A stretch of DNA of 32,000 nucleotides from Promethearchaeota archaeon (GTDB taxonomy: Archaea > Asgardarchaeota > Lokiarchaeia > Sigyniarchaeales > SOKP01), in the NCBI GenBank assembly GCA_030606485.1, contig JAUWGH010000003.1, positions 120,001 through 152,000 of the forward strand. The letters are read 5' to 3'. Each line of letters opens with the position of its first letter. Within the stretch, counting starts at the first letter, position 1. Below the pieces are notes generated by a model that was given only the letters and a program-made list of their open reading frames with translations, made no database searches and was not told the origin of the DNA. Below are positions 27,315-32,000 of this stretch, piece after piece. The translations under genes and the position numbers were made by a program.

Positions 27315-28474
27315 AAGGGTTCCTTTCCTAATATTAGAATTTCTGTCCATAGACTGCCACCGAATCCCATAGCTAAGGATTTTTCTACATCAGGAATTTG
27401 TCGTTTATCCCCTCGCCCCATAACTTGGATTGCCGCCTCTGCAACACGAATTAATGCAGTAGCTCCAATGGGATTAGTGCTCAATACACCTCCTGATGGA
27501 TTTACTGGTAATTCGCCACTCATTTGAGTAATACCCTCATCCAGTAATTTTCCACCTTCTCCAAATTTACAAAAACCTAATGCTTCAGTCCAAGCAAGCT
27601 CACTCCAAGAAGTGGGTTCATATATTTCTGCAACATCTAAATCCTTTACCGGATCTGTGATTCCAACCTTCTTATAAGCTTTTTTAGATGCCATTGTCGC
27701 AGTTGGAAGATTATACATTGCATCATCAGTACCAAAAGTATAATAATGGGCAGTTTCTACAGCTTGAATCCATGCTGGATTATCAGTTATATTTTTCGTC
27801 TCTTCTTCATTAGCATAAATAACTGCACATGCACCTTCACTCTGCGGACAACAATCATGAAGCCTTAATGGATGTGAAATAGTTTGGGATTTCATAACAT
27901 CTTCGACTGTTAGATCAGGCATTTTTAAATGAGCAAATGGATTATTCGCAGCATTTCGACGATTTTTTACGGTAACCCTTGCAGCTTGTTCAGCAGTTAT
28001 ACCATATTTATGTTGATACATACTAGCCATAAGAGCGAGTGGTCCTAAAGCTCCTGCTAAAGAAGGTCTTTCCCATACTGGATCGAAAGCTGTGATAATG
28101 CCAGTTGTGGCGCCACCTTCTTGTAATTTCTCCCAGCCTACGATTAAAATTTTATTATATATTCCTGACGCCACATTATGATATCCACATATCGCTAATG
28201 ATGATCCTGTAGTTCCTCCTGTTGCAACCTTAACAACTGGTTTTAAATAGCCTGGTGCCGCTTCTATTCCGCACCACATCTCCGAGAAGTTGATTCCTTC
28301 AAAATGATCCATATTTCCGATTATTACGGCATCTATATCAGCGGGTGCAAGTTGAGCATCATCAAGAGCCATTTTTACAGATTCATATATCATTTCTGGG
28401 ATATTAACATCTCTTCTTTTGCTTTTATGCTTTGTTTGACCTATACCTACTATTGCAACATCATGTTTTGTCAT
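27308..28474 (-). CDS. Thiolase-fold protein lacking the catalytic Cys, Ltp3-like
   Basis: VGIGQTK, KVATGGTTG at the usual Cys site, NP.AHL, EIYEP, NPSGGVLSTNPIGA (N in place of GHP His). Confidence 0.85.
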   Translation of the reverse strand: MTKHDVAIVGIGQTKHKSKRRDVNIPEMIYESVKMALDDAQLAPADIDAVIIGNMDHFEGINFSEMWCGIEAAPGYLKPVVKVATGGTTGSSLAICGYHNVASGIYNKILIVGWEKLQEGGATTGIITAFDPVWERPSLAGALGPLALMASMYQHKYGITAEQAARVTVKNRRNAANNPFAHLKMPDLTVEDVMKSQTISHPLRLHDCCPQSEGACAVIYANEEETKNITDNPAWIQAVETAHYYTFGTDDAMYNLPTATMASKKAYKKVGITDPVKDLDVAEIYEPTSWSELAWTEALGFCKFGEGGKLLDEGITQMSGELPVNPSGGVLSTNPIGATALIRVAEAAIQVMGRGDKRQIPDVEKSLAMGFGGSLWTEILILGKEPLR

Positions 28475-28477
28475 ATT

Positions 28478-29629
28478 TTATACACCTCCATCATTTCCAA
28501 ATATAAGTACACAGTTTCCTTGGGAGCATATTCCATTCATTCCATTTGCTAAACCAACTTTAGCGTTGGGGATTTGCCTTTTATCTGCTTTACCCATTAA
28601 TTGTAGAGCAATTTCAGCCACGCGAATTAAACCATTTGCCATGGTTGGATTACTTGATAAAACACCTCCAGAAGGATTAACGGGTATATTTCCGGTCATT
28701 TCAGTTTCACCACTTTCAATAAAGTTTCCACCTTCTCCTTTCCCACAGAATCCCAATGCTTCGTAGCTCATTAATTCATGATATGAAAACAGATCATAAA
28801 CTTCTGCTACATCAATTTCTCTGATTGGATCAATAATTCCAGCCATTTTATAAGCTTCTTTGGCTGCATGTTCTAATCCAATTAAATCCGTCATTGTTCT
28901 ATGCCCTAAATAATAAGCATCAGTGCAACTACCGTATCCCATAAGCCAAACAGGTGAATCTGTGAATTTTTTAGATATATCTTCTTTTGTTAAGAGCATC
29001 GCAACTGCACCATCAGAGAGTGGTGGTAAATCAAGCTCTTTTAAAGGATATGCTATCATTGGAGAGAAAAGGATGTCCTCAATCGCAACTGCTTCTTGTA
29101 AATGTGCATATGGGTTATTGAGTGCATTTTTTCGATTTTTTATAACAACCTTGGCTGCTTGATCCTCGGTAATTCCATACTTATTTGCATACATATTAGC
29201 CATTAAACCTGCAGCGGATATTTGATCTAATCCTAAAGCTCTTTGATAAAATGGATCAAAAATGGAATTATTTATAAGATATTGATCTCCTTCAGAACAT
29301 TTGCAGTGGGATACAACCATTACTGTATCATAATATTCTGACAGAATTCTCATAGCTCCATAAATATATGCAAAAGCTCCGTCTCCCGAAACTCTTGATT
29401 CTGATTTTCCAATAGATCCAACTGCGTCTTGGATTGCCATATCAGCGATCGTCCTTCCATCGTTGAAATCGTTAGAACTTGTTATTACACTTCCAATATC
29501 TTCTTTGGTGATTCCTAGATCATCCATAAGCTTCTTAACAACCTCAAAAACAAGTTCTGAATATGTCTGATCGATTTTATCTGCTTCATACTTTGTTTGG
29601 GCAATTCCTACAATTGCTACTTTATCCAT
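28478..29629 (-). CDS. Thiolase-fold protein lacking the catalytic Cys, Ltp4-like
   Basis: LGITKEDIG..SSNDF..GR, ESRVSGDGAFA at the usual Cys site, DGAVA, EVYDLF, NPSGGVLSSNP. Confidence 0.85.
   Translation of the reverse strand: MDKVAIVGIAQTKYEADKIDQTYSELVFEVVKKLMDDLGITKEDIGSVITSSNDFNDGRTIADMAIQDAVGSIGKSESRVSGDGAFAYIYGAMRILSEYYDTVMVVSHCKCSEGDQYLINNSIFDPFYQRALGLDQISAAGLMANMYANKYGITEDQAAKVVIKNRKNALNNPYAHLQEAVAIEDILFSPMIAYPLKELDLPPLSDGAVAMLLTKEDISKKFTDSPVWLMGYGSCTDAYYLGHRTMTDLIGLEHAAKEAYKMAGIIDPIREIDVAEVYDLFSYHELMSYEALGFCGKGEGGNFIESGETEMTGNIPVNPSGGVLSSNPTMANGLIRVAEIALQLMGKADKRQIPNAKVGLANGMNGICSQGNCVLIFGNDGGV
28483..28489 (-). promoter_or_regulatory. Shine-Dalgarno-like GGAGGTG inside the end of the Ltp4-like gene
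   Basis: GGAGGTG 8 nt before the ATG at 28474. Confidence 0.7.
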
Positions 29630-29965
29630 ATATTATAACCTCTATTTGTATTTGAAATTTAAATTATCAAATCAATGAAACTTCTATTTCTATGAGTTTC
29701 AAATGATTTGTAGTGATTAGAACTTTCATTTATCCAAGTCTAAATTAATTTTAATATATTATTTTAAAATTAAATTAATTAGATAAGAGTTAAAAAATTT
29801 ATAAAGTTTTCAACTTAAGCATAATGACTTTTAGATATTTCTAATATAACAATCTAAATTTACCCATTTATTCTATTATGGATGTTCTTAAAAAAATGAA
29901 AAATATAAGATATGAAATATAAATTAGAAATAAGGAATTATGGATAAAATTTAGGTATATCTAAA

Positions 29966-30787
29966 ATGAGTGAATTTGATTTTCAGGATATCCTTTATGA
30001 GAAGGAAGATAATGGTATTTGCACTATTACATTCAACAGACCTGAAAGAAGAAATGCAGTAACTTACTTAACCTTTTATGAAATTGGGCTGGTTCTAGAA
30101 GATATGGAAAAAGATAAAAATGCTAAAGTTTTAATAATTACTGGAAATCCAGAAGGGAGAGCCTTTTCATCAGGGGGTTATTTCAAACCATCAATATTGA
30201 ATAATATAAGAGATGAAATTAAGCAAGAGATCGATTTAATGGATATCGCTCAAAAAAAAATCTGCATGAAACTATGGAAATTTAATAAGCCGGTTATTGC
30301 AGCAATTAATGGATTAGCTATAGGAGGAGGAATAACTATGCCCTTATCAGGTGCAGATCTAATTTTTATGGCTGAAGATGCTTGGCTAGGATTTTATTTT
30401 GGAAAGAGAGCCATTATACCAGAATTTGGTTCCTCTTTTATTTTGCCATTTTATGTAGGGTTTCAAAAAGCAAAAGAAATAGTATATTTTGGCGAAAAAA
30501 TATATGCTCAAGAAGCTTATGAACTTGGACTTGTAAATAAAGTCTTGCCTAAGGAGGAGCTAATTCCCTACGCTCGAGAGCAAGCTTTACGGCTGATCCC
30601 TCCTAAGGGTCCAAGTTTGTCAATAAAATTAATGAAAAAAACTATGCATGCTTATTTCCTTGAGATCTTAGATAAAACTTTAGATTTGGAAAATAGAGGT
30701 CTTAGAAAAGCTTTTACTTCATATGATTTTAGAGAATCGATGAACGCACTTAAGGAAAAAAGAGACCCAGTATTTAAAGGGAAATAA
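29966..30787 (+). CDS. Crotonase-superfamily enoyl-CoA hydratase/isomerase (ECI2/PaaG-like)
   Basis: ITFNRPERRNA, FSSGG, KPVIAAINGLAIGGG, IIPEFGSS, A.EA.ELGLVNKV. Confidence 0.93.
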   Translation: MSEFDFQDILYEKEDNGICTITFNRPERRNAVTYLTFYEIGLVLEDMEKDKNAKVLIITGNPEGRAFSSGGYFKPSILNNIRDEIKQEIDLMDIAQKKICMKLWKFNKPVIAAINGLAIGGGITMPLSGADLIFMAEDAWLGFYFGKRAIIPEFGSSFILPFYVGFQKAKEIVYFGEKIYAQEAYELGLVNKVLPKEELIPYAREQALRLIPPKGPSLSIKLMKKTMHAYFLEILDKTLDLENRGLRKAFTSYDFRESMNALKEKRDPVFKGK

Positions 30788-30933
30788 ATTAATTGAATTG
30801 AATATTCAATATTTCTATTTCTAATTATCAAAATCATTTAATATAAATGAAATAATACTCTAATTTTAAAAAAAATATTAAAACGAGAATAAATTAATTA
30901 TGACAAAAAATATATTACTGGTAATAAAAAATA

Positions 30934-31344
30934 ATGACAAAGATTAAAATTTTATCGGAAGAATGGGTTGAAGCTTTTGGTAAAGCAATCAATGCGAATC
31001 CAAATTATAAGCCATCAGCGCTTACTTGGGAAGGGGATATGCTTCTCGCAATTGAACCTAGTGGGAAATTAGATCATGAAGTAAGGATCCTTATTGGCCT
31101 TTACCACGGTGAATGTACAGGAACTAGACTATTAAAAGAAGGAGAAGAGGTTGACACTCCATATATTCTATCTGGTCCTTATACTAATTTTGTGAGAGTT
31201 ATGAATAAAGAATTTGACCCGATTCAAGGAGTTATGTCTGGTAAGTTAAAACTAACTGGTGATATGGCAAAATTGATGAGACATGTTCAAGCAGCTAAAG
31301 AAATTGTGAATAGTCTTCTAACGTTCGAAACAGAATTTTTATAA
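30934..31344 (+). CDS. SCP2 sterol/lipid-binding domain protein
   Basis: SEEW...F..AIN.N..Y, G.Y.NF..V.N...DPIQ.VMSGKLKL.GDMAKLMR. Confidence 0.88.
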   Translation: MTKIKILSEEWVEAFGKAINANPNYKPSALTWEGDMLLAIEPSGKLDHEVRILIGLYHGECTGTRLLKEGEEVDTPYILSGPYTNFVRVMNKEFDPIQGVMSGKLKLTGDMAKLMRHVQAAKEIVNSLLTFETEFL

Positions 31345-31415
31345 AAAGTAATAGAATTTTCATTTATTTTTTTTAAAATTTAATAGAACAATAAGAAACA
31401 TTATAGGGAAAAAAG

Positions 31416-32000
31416 ATGTGGTATTTTTATAGTCCTAATATTATATATGGTGAGGATGCACTAAATTTCTTAGAAAATATTCCGGGAGATAAATGTTTTA
31501 TTGTCACTGATAAAGTAATGGAGGAGTTGGATTATTTAAAAATTTTAACAGATAAACTGGAAAAATACGGAAAACAGTATAATGTATATAATGGAGTACT
31601 CCCTGATCCTCGAGAAACTCACGTAGCAGAAGCAAGAGAAATGTGCAATTCTTATACTCCTGATTTAATTCTTGCTTTAGGAGGAGGTTCGGTTATAGAT
31701 GTTGCAAAAATGATTTGGTGTTTCTATGAATTTCCAGAGCTTTCACTCGATGATATCCATCCATTTAGACCCGACCTTCATAATATGGGCAAAAAAGTAA
31801 AATTAATAGCCATACCAACAACTTCAGGAACTGGAGCAGAAACAACATATGCTGCACTTATATCAAAATTTGAAAATGATATCTGGAAAAAGTTTTTATA
31901 TGCTCATAAAGGACTAGTTCCTACCTACGCTATAGTAGATCCAGTTTTTCCCGTAGGAATGCCTTCAAATTTAACTGCTGATACAGGTTTTGATGCATTA
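31416..32000 (+). CDS. Iron-containing alcohol dehydrogenase, truncated by the window end (not in ORF track)
   Basis: Hand translation MWYFYSPNIIYGEDAL..., GGGSVIDVAK, IPTTSGTGAE, AIVDP, ADTGFDAL. Confidence 0.93.
   Translation, partial: MWYFYSPNIIYGEDALNFLENIPGDKCFIVTDKVMEELDYLKILTDKLEKYGKQYNVYNGVLPDPRETHVAEAREMCNSYTPDLILALGGGSVIDVAKMIWCFYEFPELSLDDIHPFRPDLHNMGKKVKLIAIPTTSGTGAETTYAALISKFENDIWKKFLYAHKGLVPTYAIVDPVFPVGMPSNLTADTGFDAL

Noticed and set aside
27303-27350. 43-bp overlap of the DUF35 ORF with the Ltp3-like gene
   Set aside because: Artefact of the longest-ORF start; the GAGGTGAT motif supports ATG at 27302
1229-30837. Short antisense or overlapping ORFs in the track (e.g. 1229-1441, 2126-2386, 5376-5690, 10884-11313, 13086-13475, 13671-14051, 14765-15046, 21082-21462, 26580-27527, 28304-29162, 30652-30837)
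   Set aside because: They lie wholly or largely within well-supported genes, have no recognisable motifs, and look like shadow ORFs; the repeat in 2126-2386 simply mirrors the 144-bp repeat

Overview
AT-rich archaeal chromosomal window, most consistent with an Asgard archaeon of the Lokiarchaeia/Promethearchaeia type. The assignment is an inference from a gelsolin-domain protein, a small Ras-superfamily GTPase, longin-like domains, archaeal uS10, NreA and a BHB-type tRNA intron. It holds about 29 protein genes, tRNA-Leu(CAG) and an intron-containing tRNA-His(GUG). No CRISPR array, integrase or transposase was seen. Most notable: (i) a lipid-catabolic cluster (two Cys-less Ltp4/Ltp3-like thiolase-fold genes, tandem DUF35, BKACE, crotonase, SCP2, Fe-ADH); (ii) a membrane-anchored caspase-like protease with a CUB-like insert between its catalytic His and Cys; (iii) a Bud23/WBSCR22-like methyltransferase; (iv) a small GTPase next to a longin/uDENN-like-wHTH gene; (v) a 7TM-longin fusion; (vi) a 46-aa polybasic tail-anchored ORF after the gelsolin gene, missing from the ORF track. 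All family assignments are by motif recognition from memory; no searches were run.
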